Source: an uncultured Actinomycetes bacterium (GTDB lineage Bacteria > Actinomycetota > Thermoleophilia > UBA2241). Taken from it: a stretch of DNA of 64,000 nucleotides. Location: NCBI GenBank assembly GCA_963755025.1, contig CAVWIH010000014.1, positions 352,001 to 416,000 of the forward strand, written 5' to 3'. Below are positions 33,014-42,507 of this stretch, one piece after another. Both the position numbers and the translations under genes were made by a program. How positions within the stretch are numbered: the stretch's first letter is position 1; every line of letters starts with the position of its first letter. Under the pieces are notes generated by a model. That model did not search any database, was not told the DNA's origin, and was given only the letters and a program-made list of their open reading frames with translations.

Positions 33014-33058
33014 CAGGGGAGCGGCTTCGGGCTTGCCCGAAGCCGCTCCCCTGTTCTT
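33014..33058 (+). terminator. Intrinsic terminator after the full-length mttB1
   Basis: CAGGGGAGCGGCTTCGGGC-TT-GCCCGAAGCCGCTCCCCTG followed by TTCTT. Confidence 0.8.
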
Positions 33059-33144
33059 CATCGCGCTCGCCACGCGCCGTCGCCGCTCGAGAGGCGGCGC
33101 GGGCTCCCGCGAGCGACCCGCCCGCCGCGACCGGCCGGGCGGCG

Positions 33145-33588
33145 TCAGCTCTGGCTCAGCTTGTCGAGCGCCGACTGCAACGAGGCCTCGTAGGCCTGTG
33201 TCGTGTAGGTGGCTCCTGAGACCCCCTGGATGCTGGCGCTCTGCGCGCTCACCGTCTGCTGCTCCAGCTGCGGCACGGCGACCTGCTCGATCTGCGCCGA
33301 CCTGGGATCGTTCGTGTTGAGGGCGGCGGTCGTGGCCGCGGTGATCTTGCCGTTGGCGACGCTCACCCTGACCTGGATGTCTCCGTAGCGCCCACCGCCG
33401 ATGGCCTCGTCGGTGCCCGTGACCGTCTGCGAGCCGCTCGTGCTCCCCAGGCTCGCCGCCGCAGCTGGTGTGCTCGTGGCGCTCGGCGCCGTCGCCGACG
33501 AGGACGAACCCTCGGGCTTGGGGTGGTAGCCCAGGACGAGCGCCAGACCGGCTCCGGTCGCCACAAGCACGATGATCGCTCGGCGCAT
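33145..33588 (-). CDS. Secreted FMN-binding (flavinylation-motif) protein
   Basis: Signal/TM, YGDIQVRV, IQGVSGATYT ([S/T]GA[S/T] motif). Confidence 0.8.
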   Translation of the reverse strand: MRRAIIVLVATGAGLALVLGYHPKPEGSSSSATAPSATSTPAAAASLGSTSGSQTVTGTDEAIGGGRYGDIQVRVSVANGKITAATTAALNTNDPRSAQIEQVAVPQLEQQTVSAQSASIQGVSGATYTTQAYEASLQSALDKLSQS

Positions 33589-33978
33589 GTCGTGGTCTCC
33601 CTTCCCTGTCGTCGCCGGTGTGCGAGCCGGCGCTCGCGCGCGCCATAGGCACGCCGACCACCGGCGCTTGGCTTTGAGTCTGGCTCATCCTGCCCAGCAG
33701 GGGCTGAGCGTACGCTGAGAGAACACTGAGAATGACGAAGCGCGCCCAATGCGGACGCCTCATGACCGGCGTCGGCAACGGCGCTTTCCCCGTTCGCGGC
33801 GGCCTGCGCCCGTTACGGCGCCACCGCACAAACGACGCTTCTTGCTCAGCTTGTGGTTGTTAACTGCCGATACGGGCCATATAGGCGGTGGCTGGCCACG
33901 GCGTCGTCGTGGCGGCCATCTGTACTAGAGCGCGTACGTTCAGTTGTCGAGACTCGCTCATGAGACCGGGAGCACATC

Positions 33979-34179
33979 GTGGCCAAGGGAACAGTGAAGT
34001 GGTTCAACGCACAAAAAGGGTATGGCTTCATCGAGCAGGCTGACGGAGGCAAAGACGTCTTCGTGCACGTCAACTCACTCGCCGCCGGTGTCGGCACGCT
34101 GGCCGAAGGCCAGACGGTCGAATACCAGGTAGAGGAAGGCCAGAAAGGGCCCCAGGCGGCCGACGTCAGGCCTGCCTGA
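33979..34179 (+). CDS. cspA: Cold-shock protein
   Basis: [27 protein letters not shown]. Confidence 0.95.
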   Translation: MAKGTVKWFNAQKGYGFIEQADGGKDVFVHVNSLAAGVGTLAEGQTVEYQVEEGQKGPQAADVRPA

Positions 34180-34650
34180 CCCAAGGTCTCGGTCTAGATC
34201 CCGACACCGCGCCCGGCCGGCCCTGCTTCAGGGCCCGGCCGGGTCTTCAGCCCCCACACAGCAAGAGGCACAGCGTGGCCGTGGGGCCGGCTGCTACCGG
34301 CCAGAGGCCCCGGCGGGCCGCGCCTTCTCTTCGGCTGGCTCGCTCCACTTCTTCGCGGCGAGCGCCGCGACGCTGCCGGCTACAAGGCTCTGCAGTTGTG
34401 GATACCCCATGACGGACCCCGACTTCGGCTTCTGCGATGCTTCCGCAGCGGACCCTCCGAGAGTGCCGCCGCCGTCATCGCCTTAGCGAGCCCCTTCGCC
34501 CGCTCATACTACTAGCTTACTGCTACCAAAGGCCCGCCGGGCCGTCTCTGGACACATGTTCTACACCCCGCGTCTACGCGACCTGGGTCGTCGGCGCCGT
34601 CAGGCCAGACCAGCCGAGGGCGGCGCCAACGATACGCGGGTCGTTCTGCT

Positions 34651-35412
34651 TCAGCCGTCTACGAGCTGCTGGCCACCGTCGACGTCGTAGGTGGCTCCCG
34701 TGAGCGCGGTGTTGGTCATCAGGTGGACGGCCAGAGCAGCCACGTCGGCGGGGCCGACGACGCGTCCGATGGGCAGCGTGGCGCGCAGCCGGCGGCGGCG
34801 CTCCTCGAGCTCATCGCCGAGGAGCGCCGCCGACAGGCCTGTGTCGACGAAGCCGGGAGCGATCAGATTGACGCGGATGGGGGCGACCTCGAGCGCCAGG
34901 TTGGCGACGAGGGCGGGCATCGCCGCGGTGACCGTCGAGACGATCGCCAATCCCAGGCCGGGACGGCGGGAGCCGGTGCCACCCATGAACACGAGCGAGC
35001 CCCCCGGCCGCACGCGGCCCATGGCGTTGCGGGCGACCTCGAAGGTCAGCATGAGGTGCTCGTCGAGCGCCCGGCGTGTCTGCTCGTAGTCCAGGTCGGC
35101 CAGGCGCCCGTACTTCGGCCGGCCGGCGGTGACCATCACGTGGTCGACCGGCTTGGGCAGCTCCTCAAAGAACCGCCGCAGCGCCGCCGCGTCGGTGGCG
35201 TCGAAGGCCGCGCTGCTGCGCGCCCCCAGTTCGCCCGCGGCCTGCTGCAGACGCCCGGGGTCACGGCCGGTCACAATGACGCCGGCGCCCTCGGCGCCGG
35301 CTCGCCGGCCCACCTCGAAGCCGATGCCGCCACTGCCGCCGATCACGACGACCGTCTGTCCCAGAAGTTCAGGTACGCGCTCGGGCTGCGGCGCGATGTT
35401 TGCTGTGGCCAT
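34651..35412 (-). CDS. Short-chain dehydrogenase/reductase
   Basis: VIGGSGGIG, PIRVNLIAPG, TGATYDVDGG. Confidence 0.85.
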   Translation of the reverse strand: MATANIAPQPERVPELLGQTVVVIGGSGGIGFEVGRRAGAEGAGVIVTGRDPGRLQQAAGELGARSSAAFDATDAAALRRFFEELPKPVDHVMVTAGRPKYGRLADLDYEQTRRALDEHLMLTFEVARNAMGRVRPGGSLVFMGGTGSRRPGLGLAIVSTVTAAMPALVANLALEVAPIRVNLIAPGFVDTGLSAALLGDELEERRRRLRATLPIGRVVGPADVAALAVHLMTNTALTGATYDVDGGQQLVDG

Positions 35413-35427
35413 GATCTCTCCTTATCG

Positions 35428-36798
35428 TCAGGCGGCCATCGGCGGTCTGACGTCGCTGGCTCCCGACGCCGCCGCGATCTGGCCGCGCAGCGCCTTGAGC
35501 GCATCGACGTAGATCTCCGAGAAGGTCGGGAACGGCTGGATCGTGTCGCGCAGCACGTCGAGCGAGACGCGGGCGCGGATCGCCAGCGTGGCCTGTTGCA
35601 GCCACTCGCCCGCCTCGGGGCCGAGCGCGTAGGCGCCCAGCAGACGTTCGCCGTCGCTCACCAGTGTCAGAAAGCCGTTCTGGTCGGCGGACGCCCTCGT
35701 GTAGGTGGGGGACTTCGCGATCTCAGACACGAGCGCCGTCGCGCTGAAACGCCCGCTCGAAGCGCCCACCGCCGCGGCTTGCGGGTCGGTGTAGACGACG
35801 CGCGGCACGGCCTCGTAGCCGGCCGTGCGCGGCTCGCCCAGGATGTTCGCGGCGACCACCTCGCCCTGGTATTTGCCGACGTGGGTCAGCGGCCAGATGC
35901 CGGTCACGTCGCCGATGGCCCACAGACGGTCGGCGACGCGCAGGTGCGCATCGACCGGTATCCCGTGGCCGTCGGGCTCGATGCCGACGGTCTCGAGGCC
36001 TATCCCGCGCACCCGCGCACGGCGGCCGGTGGCGGCGAGCAGCCGGTCGCCGCGCAGTTCGCGGCCGCCGTCGAGCTCGAGGACATAGTCCGCGCCGTCG
36101 CGCCGCGCGGCGGTCGCGATGGCGGACGGGACGAGCTCGATGCCCTCGCCGCGCAGGGCCTCGCCGAGCGCCTCGCCCAACGGCGCCGCTTCGCGCGAGA
36201 GCAGGTGTGCGGCCCTCTCGACGATCACCGCCTGGCCGCCGAGCCGACGCACGACCTGCGCCATCTCCACGCCGACCGGGCCGCCGCCCAGAACGAGCAG
36301 GCGGCGCGGGATCGCCTTCATCGAGGTCGCCTCGCGGCTCGTCCAGACACCCTCGAGCTCGCGCAGGCCCGGCACGGGCGGCACGACGGCGGCGGCGCCG
36401 TTGGCCAGCACCACGTGATCGGCCGTGTGCCGGACGCCGTCGACCTCGACGACGCCCGGGCCGGCGAGCCGCCCGTTGCCGCGCAGCAGGTCGATGCCGC
36501 GATCGGCCAGCCAGCGCTCCTGCCCCGCGTCGGACCAGTCAGAGACCATGTCGTCGCGCCAGGCAAGCGCCGCTTCGACGTCGACCTCGGCGTTCGCCGC
36601 CGCCTCGCGCGCACCGTGCACCGCCTCGCCGGGCCGCAGCAGCGTCTTCGAGGGGATGCAGGCCCAGTAGGAACACTCGCCGCCCACCAGCTCGCGCTCC
36701 ACGACGGCCACCCGCAGGCCGCCCTCGGCCAGGGCGCCGGCGCAGTGCTCGCCCGGCGCGCCGCCGCCGAGGACGATGACGTCGTAGTCGCTGCTCAT
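35428..36798 (-). CDS. Pyridine nucleotide-disulfide oxidoreductase (dihydrolipoamide dehydrogenase/mercuric reductase family)
   Basis: [33 protein letters not shown]. Confidence 0.85.
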   Translation of the reverse strand: MSSDYDVIVLGGGAPGEHCAGALAEGGLRVAVVERELVGGECSYWACIPSKTLLRPGEAVHGAREAAANAEVDVEAALAWRDDMVSDWSDAGQERWLADRGIDLLRGNGRLAGPGVVEVDGVRHTADHVVLANGAAAVVPPVPGLRELEGVWTSREATSMKAIPRRLLVLGGGPVGVEMAQVVRRLGGQAVIVERAAHLLSREAAPLGEALGEALRGEGIELVPSAIATAARRDGADYVLELDGGRELRGDRLLAATGRRARVRGIGLETVGIEPDGHGIPVDAHLRVADRLWAIGDVTGIWPLTHVGKYQGEVVAANILGEPRTAGYEAVPRVVYTDPQAAAVGASSGRFSATALVSEIAKSPTYTRASADQNGFLTLVSDGERLLGAYALGPEAGEWLQQATLAIRARVSLDVLRDTIQPFPTFSEIYVDALKALRGQIAAASGASDVRPPMAA

Positions 36799-36812
36799 CG
36801 CGGCAGCTCCTT

Positions 36813-37307
36813 TCAGCGGCCGGGAAGCCGCGTCGTGACCTCCTGGAACAGCCAGCCGTTGCCGTCGGGGTCGCTGAACGAGGCGAACGAGCCGTAGCTC
36901 GTGCGCTCGGGCGAGGGCCCGGCGACGCGGCCGGCGACGTGGAACCGGGCGCCGCGCGCGCCTTCGTGGAACACCTCGCTCACCTCGACGCCGCGCGCCG
37001 CCAGGTCGGCGCGCGCGGCCTCGACGTCGGGGACCGCCAGGTACAGGCTCTGGCTCGATCCCGGCGCGGCGGTGGTGAGGCTCTGACCGAACTGGATCGA
37101 ACAGCGAGAGCCAGGGGGCGTGTACTGGACGAGGCGAAAGTCGCCGTCGGCTACGTCGGCGTCGAGCCTCCAGCCGAGGCCCCCGTAGAACTCCTTGGCG
37201 CGATCGACGTCGGAGACCGCGATCACGACCACCTCGAGGTCCACCTCTCCGGCCTTCACCGGCGGAGTGCCCACGGCCCCGTCGCTGCTCCTGGGGACGG
37301 CGCTCAT
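36813..37307 (-). CDS. VOC/glyoxalase family protein
   Basis: [24 protein letters not shown]. Confidence 0.85.
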   Translation of the reverse strand: MSAVPRSSDGAVGTPPVKAGEVDLEVVVIAVSDVDRAKEFYGGLGWRLDADVADGDFRLVQYTPPGSRCSIQFGQSLTTAAPGSSQSLYLAVPDVEAARADLAARGVEVSEVFHEGARGARFHVAGRVAGPSPERTSYGSFASFSDPDGNGWLFQEVTTRLPGR

Positions 37308-37666
37308 CTCGGGCCCCGTTCCCCTCCGACCCGGTCGCGCCAGTCCCTCGGTGGCCCCGGACTCCAGCCCGGCGGATGGCTGGGCGAGTCCTCGAACTCG
37401 GCCGGCTCCGCGGCGACGTCGTCGGCGTAGCAGTAGACCCAGTCCTCGGCGGGCTCGTAGGACTGGATCACGTGGTGCCCGGTCTCACGGGCATGCGCCG
37501 TCGCGTGGCGGTTGGGCGAGTCGTCGCAACAGCCGATATGACCGCACGTCAGGCAGCGGCGCAGGTGCATCCAGTGCCCGCCGCTCGCCAGGCACTCCAC
37601 GCATCCGGGTCCGCTGGGCTCGACGTCGGGAGACGCCTGAGCGATGTGGTCGCAGGTTTCATCCAT
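37304..37666 (-). CDS. UBP-type zinc-finger protein
   Basis: CVEC...[27 protein letters not shown]. Confidence 0.85.
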   Translation of the reverse strand: MDETCDHIAQASPDVEPSGPGCVECLASGGHWMHLRRCLTCGHIGCCDDSPNRHATAHARETGHHVIQSYEPAEDWVYCYADDVAAEPAEFEDSPSHPPGWSPGPPRDWRDRVGGERGPR

Positions 37667-37821
37667 GGGAGCTACTCCGGGTCCGTCGTCTAGCCGTTCC
37701 AAGTGACATACCCGGCTCTGCCCGGCTCGCGCGATCTCGGCGTTTACGACGGCGGCGTACGCGCCTGACCGGTGGCCGCAGACCCACCGCGCGCGGTCGC
37801 ACGCCGGCCCGGACGCAGGCG

Positions 37822-37862
37822 AAACAAAGCCGCCTGCCCTCTCGAGCGCGGGCAGGCGGCTT
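37822..37862 (-). terminator. Terminator of the mttB2-corrinoid-APC operon
   Basis: 13-bp stem AAGCCGCCTGCCC / GGGCAGGCGGCTT followed by a T-rich tract on the minus strand. Confidence 0.65.
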
Positions 37863-37906
37863 CGGTCACACGGAGCTCTCGGTGGGCCTTCTTGCAGTGA
37901 GAAGCC

Positions 37907-39499
37907 TCAGGCCTCCTCGAGCACCGACGGCGCGGCCACGGCCGCCGGCAGCGCTGCCTCTGTCGCTCCCGAGGTCTCGCCGTCGAGCGCCAGCAGATCG
38001 CTGTCGCTCACGGCGCCGCTCGCGAGGTTGCGCCTGCCGATCAGCCAGAACACCGCGCCGGTGACGAAGAAGAAGCCGAGCGTGCCCAGCGTGACGGTCT
38101 CGAAGAAGACGCGAGAGACTCCCCAACTGGTCTCGATGTCGTAGCTCATCCCCAGCGCGCGATCGAGCAGCCCGGGCCAGAGCAGCGTGATCGCCGTGAG
38201 CACGATGATCGCCTCGGAGAGGATCACGCAGACCCACAGGCCGACGGTGCCGCCCGGCACCCGGAACGGGCGGCGCCGGTCGGGATACTTGCGCCGCAGC
38301 GGGATCACCGAGGGGAGCATGAAGAAGTACATGAGCGCCGTCAGCGAGATGACGAGCGTGACCATGACCGTGAAGAAGCTCTGCAGGCTGCCGCTCGTGA
38401 GCAAGAAGACCAGGGCGACGAAGATCGAGCCGATGACCGCCGAGACCACGTTCATCACGACCGGCGTGCCGGTGCGCCTGGAGAACGTGCCGAGCCACAG
38501 CGGCCCGGCGCCGTCGAGGCCGGCCACCGCCTGCACGCGCACGGCGCCCTGCAGCCAGACGCCGCCGGCGCTGATCACGGTGAGCACGACGAGCGCGCCG
38601 ATGAGGTAGTTGAGCCCCGTGTGCAGGCCACCGTGCAGCACGCCGGCGACCGCGAAGTAGGTGTCGGCGAAGCCGGTCGCGTTCGTGAGCTTACTGGCGG
38701 GGATGACGAGCAGCACACCCAGGATCAGCGAGCCCGTGACGAAGCAGGCCACCAGGCCGGAGCGCAGGATCATGACCGGCACGTCGCGCTGGGCGTTCTT
38801 CATCTCTTCGGCGGCGCCGTTGGAGAGCTCGAACCCTACGAAGAGGAACTGCAGCAGCCCGATCACCGCCAGAAAGCCGGTGACGCTGGGCTTGACCGAC
38901 GACAGGGTCACGGTGCCGGCCGGTTTGCCGTGGCTGATGAGGAAGGCGACGACGAGCACCAGGAAGATGGCCAGCATGAGCAGGCGCACGATCGTGCCGA
39001 GGATGCCGGTCCACTTGCCCCACTTGAGCTCGACGAGCGAGAGGCCCACGATCGCCCACACCACGGCGATGCCCACGACGATCGAAGGCAGCGTGCCCAT
39101 CGGGTTCTTCAGATAGAAGGTGTTGATCGCGGCGACGACCGCCGCCGCCAGCGTGCCGCCCATCCACACCGGGTTGCTCATCCAGTAGAAGACCGAGGTG
39201 AGCGCGCCCGGCAGGCGGCCAAAGGCCATGCGCGGCCACACGTAAGGCCCTCCCTCCACGGGGAAGGTCGAGCCCAGCTCCGCGACGATCATGCCGTAGG
39301 GCACGAGCCACACGAGGAGAATGACGATCAGCCAGAAGAAGGTCTGCCCGAGGCCGTAGGCCGCGGTCACCGCGATCGTGTCGAGGCTGATGAAGGCGGC
39401 GATGGTGAAGAAGACGATGTCGAAGCGCGTCAGGACCTTGCGCATCTTGGCGCGCTCCTGGCCCATCGCACCGGCCGTGGGGTCAGGCAGGGCGCTCAT
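37907..39499 (-). CDS. APC-family permease (candidate methylamine permease)
   Basis: AELGSTFPVEGGPYVW, GFELSNGAAEEMKN, RPFRVPGG; ATGA overlap with the corrinoid gene. Confidence 0.88.
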   Translation of the reverse strand: MSALPDPTAGAMGQERAKMRKVLTRFDIVFFTIAAFISLDTIAVTAAYGLGQTFFWLIVILLVWLVPYGMIVAELGSTFPVEGGPYVWPRMAFGRLPGALTSVFYWMSNPVWMGGTLAAAVVAAINTFYLKNPMGTLPSIVVGIAVVWAIVGLSLVELKWGKWTGILGTIVRLLMLAIFLVLVVAFLISHGKPAGTVTLSSVKPSVTGFLAVIGLLQFLFVGFELSNGAAEEMKNAQRDVPVMILRSGLVACFVTGSLILGVLLVIPASKLTNATGFADTYFAVAGVLHGGLHTGLNYLIGALVVLTVISAGGVWLQGAVRVQAVAGLDGAGPLWLGTFSRRTGTPVVMNVVSAVIGSIFVALVFLLTSGSLQSFFTVMVTLVISLTALMYFFMLPSVIPLRRKYPDRRRPFRVPGGTVGLWVCVILSEAIIVLTAITLLWPGLLDRALGMSYDIETSWGVSRVFFETVTLGTLGFFFVTGAVFWLIGRRNLASGAVSDSDLLALDGETSGATEAALPAAVAAPSVLEEA

Positions 39500-40137
39500 G
39501 TCGTCGACGCAGCAGCGACCAGGGCCTTGGCGCGGTCGACCGCCATGCCGGCGTTGGCGCCGTAGCCGTCGGCGCCCAGCGACTCGGCGAAGGCCTTTGT
39601 GACCGGCGCGCCGCCGACCAGCACCTTGACCTGCTCGCGCAGGCCGGCGTCCTGCAGCGCGGCGATCGTCTCGGCCATGCGCGGCAAGGTGGTGGTGAGC
39701 AGCGCGCTCATGCCGAGGATGGTCGCGTCGTGCTCCTTGACGGCCGCCACGAACTGCTGCGAGGTGACGCCGGTGCCCAGGTTGACGACCGTGAAGCCGG
39801 CGCCCTGCAGCAGCATGCCGACCAGGTTCTTGCCGATGTCGTGCAGGTCGCCTTCGACCGTGCCGATCACCACGGTGCCCAGGCCCCCGCTATCGCCGGC
39901 CCCGAGGTGCGGCTTCAAGATGTCGAGCGCGCCCTGCATGGTGCGCGCGCTGAGCAGCACTTCGGGAATGAAGCAGTCGCCCGAGCGCATGCGCTCGCCG
40001 ACCACGTCCATGCCGGGCAGCAGCGCGTCGTCCAGGATCTCGCGAGCCGGGGCGCCGCTCGCCAGCAGCGCCTGGGTGAGGGCGTTGACCGTGTCGGCGT
40101 TGCCGGCGATCAGCGCCTGCGTGAGTTGCTCTTTCAT
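39496..40137 (-). CDS. Methyltransferase cognate corrinoid protein (MttC/MtbC family)
   Basis: Cap domain FIPEVLLSARTM; B12-binding GDLHDIGKNLV...SALLTTT...VGGAP. Confidence 0.92.
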   Translation of the reverse strand: MKEQLTQALIAGNADTVNALTQALLASGAPAREILDDALLPGMDVVGERMRSGDCFIPEVLLSARTMQGALDILKPHLGAGDSGGLGTVVIGTVEGDLHDIGKNLVGMLLQGAGFTVVNLGTGVTSQQFVAAVKEHDATILGMSALLTTTLPRMAETIAALQDAGLREQVKVLVGGAPVTKAFAESLGADGYGANAGMAVDRAKALVAAASTT

Positions 40138-40209
40138 CTGTCCCCCTTGGGCAGCCGGCTCGAGCGGGCGAGCCGGCTGCAGTGTCCTTGCAGTCCGCCG
40201 GCGATGCGC

Positions 40210-41683
40210 TCAGGCGACGCCGACCAGCCGGTCCGTCTGCTCGACGATGGCGTGCATGCGCGCGGCGATGTCGTCGGGGATGGGCTCGGGCCGATACTCG
40301 CGCACGACGTCGCGCGCCTTTTCGAGGCAGCGTGGTGTAGAGCTCCTTGGAGCCGCGCGCGTCCCACTCCTCGCGCACGCGGCGATCGAGGAACTGCGGC
40401 TGGCTGAGCTCGCGCATGTGGAGCAGCGTGGCGTCGAGCGAAAGGAAGTCCCCGAACGGACCGACCTGCACGATGTCCTCCACCGCCAGCGTCTCGTCGT
40501 TGACCCGCACTCCACCGACCACGCGCTTGATCATGCGCGCGAACTCGTTGTCCATGACGAACTGTCCGCAATCGAAGGTGACTCCCGACTCGATCATCCC
40601 CGCACCGTAGATCAGGTTGGCCCCTGCCAACGCTGCCATGATTCCGGTGAGGGTCTTCTCGTGCCCGACCTGGGCGTCACCGAGCTTGGCATCCGTCTAT
40701 AACCCGGCGACGAAGCTCGGCAGCAGGTAGCGCCGCGCCATCTGGGTCACCGCCGCGCTGATCATGGCGAGCTCGGGCGAGCCCACGCAGGCAGCCGCGA
40801 GCTTCAGGTCCATGGCCGTCGTGGACGACCCGTACATCACCGGGCAGCCACGCTCGGTGAGCTGCGCCAGCGTGATGCCCGAGAGCACCTCGGCGTTGTG
40901 GGTGACCAGGGTGCCGGCCAGGGTGACCGGCGAGGAGCCGCCCGCCATGGCCATGCTCAGGATGTTGTTGGGGATCCACCAGCGCGACGTCTCGATGATC
41001 ACCTGGGTGGCGTCGCGCGGCAGCTTGAGGGGGCTCACCGGGCAGACGCCGCCGTAGAGGATGGGGCGGCGGCGCAGCTCGTCGGCGCCGCCGACGACCT
41101 CGGCCGCCATCTCGAAGATCGCCCTCGCCTCGATCCGCGACAGCGGTCCTATGCCGATCGGCTTGGTCGTGTTCAGGAGCTGCGCCTCGGTGTGGTGGAC
41201 GGCGGCGGTCTCGGGCGGCACGTCGCTCGCTCCCACGGCGGTCTCGTGGGTGTCGATCTCGCTCAAGTAGTCGTTGAGACGGGCGATGTCGGCGATGTCC
41301 TTCTTGGTCGAGTTACGATACTCGCCGGTCTCGACGTCGATGACCCTGATGCCTTCGCTGAAGTTGGTGAAGGCCACGCGACCCGGCTCCATGACGAAGT
41401 CGTTCTTGGGGTTGTTGCGGCCGTACAGCACGTACCGGCTGGGCGCGGAGCGGATGGCGTCGTCGACCACATGCGGCGGAAAGCGCACGATATGCGTGTC
41501 GCGGTCGACCATGCAGCCGCCGTCGGAGTAGATGTCGAGCGCCTCGTCGTCTTCGACGAAGACACCGGCACGCTCGAGGACTTCGAGACTGGCGAAGTGG
41601 ATCTCCTCGAGCTCGGATTCGGTGAACACGTTGACGCTGAGGCCGCCGCTGCGCGGCCGGCCGGCGAAGAGGTTGCGTTTCAC
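40210..41683 (-). CDS. mttB: Trimethylamine:corrinoid methyltransferase, pyrrolysine-containing (mttB2; about 490 aa, Pyl329); apparent 1-nt frameshift near 40330
   Basis: LPSFVAGL-TAG(40699-40697)-TDAKLGDAQVGHEKTLTGIMAALAGANLIYGAGM in frame. The terminal segment CLEKARDVVREYRPEPIPDD...* (40210) is in a shifted frame and aligns with the mttB1 C-terminus. Confidence 0.88.
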
Positions 41684-41720
41684 ACTGCACCACCCCCTGG
41701 AACACGTCGTAGGGATTTAC

Positions 41721-41768
41721 TTAGTTACATAACTAACGGTACAGTATCAGATGGTCGAAGGCTGTCAA
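41721..41768 (-). promoter_or_regulatory. mttB2 promoter with palindromic operator
   Basis: TTGACA (41768-41763), 16 nt, TACTGT (41746-41741) with TGn extension; TTAGTTA-CA-TAACTAA at 41721-41736. Confidence 0.75.
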
Positions 41769-41871
41769 GACCTCACGGTCACGCCGCGAGTGGCGCGCCC
41801 GGAGGCCGATGGATATCCTCTGGGTAGTCACCGTACGGGGCTCCTCGGGGGCCGACGAAGGGAAGCCGAGC

Positions 41872-42507
41872 TTGACGAGGTACGAGATACCGATCGAGGA
41901 CCCGGCGCCGCATCTGGCGCCGACCGCGGCGCGCATCCTCGACGCCGCCAAACGCGTGCTGGCCCGCGACGGTTTTCGCGCGCTCACCTTCGTCAACATC
42001 GCCGACGAGGCCGCCGAGAACCCGGCCCTCATCCGTTATCACTTCGGCAACAAGGCCGGCCTCATCGCGACGCTCGTCGACTCGGTCCTCTACCTCGAGA
42101 GCCTCGACTTGATCGAGAAGCTCACCAGCGTGCCGCCCGGCGACGAGCGCCGCCGCGCCCTGTTCGCGCTCCACCAGACCTACACCAAAGACCTCGAGGG
42201 CTACCAGCTGTTCTACGAGCTCGTGCCGCACATCTTGCGCGACCCCGAGCTACGGCCACACCTGAGCGCCCTGTTCGACTGGTATCGCAAGCTCGACGCC
42301 TGGGCCCTGGGCGCGCAGCCCGGCACCGAGCACCCGGCGCAGCTCGAACCGCTGGCACTGCTCAGCGTCGCGCTCGCCGACGGCGTCGCTCTGCAGGTCC
42401 AGGTCGACCCCGACCTCGACGTCGGCCCCGCCTTCGAGATCTGGCGCGGGCTGATCCTGAGCTATCTCGACGGCGCCGCCGGCGGCGGCGCACCGCCGCA
42501 ACCCTAA
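41872..42507 (+). CDS. TetR/AcrR family regulator, divergent from mttB2 (start uncertain, 41809 or 41872)
   Basis: RILDAAKRVLARDGFRALTFVNIADEAAENPALIRYHFGNKAGL HTH. Confidence 0.88.
   Translation: MTRYEIPIEDPAPHLAPTAARILDAAKRVLARDGFRALTFVNIADEAAENPALIRYHFGNKAGLIATLVDSVLYLESLDLIEKLTSVPPGDERRRALFALHQTYTKDLEGYQLFYELVPHILRDPELRPHLSALFDWYRKLDAWALGAQPGTEHPAQLEPLALLSVALADGVALQVQVDPDLDVGPAFEIWRGLILSYLDGAAGGGAPPQP

Noticed and set aside
34200-34650. Possible small ORFs or ncRNA after cspA
   Set aside because: No convincing RBS, motif or structure beyond a short GC hairpin.
39890-40330. C-terminal extension of mttB2 running into the corrinoid gene
   Set aside because: Low-complexity translation after an apparent 1-nt insertion. 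The shifted frame ending at 40210 matches the mttB1 C-terminus.
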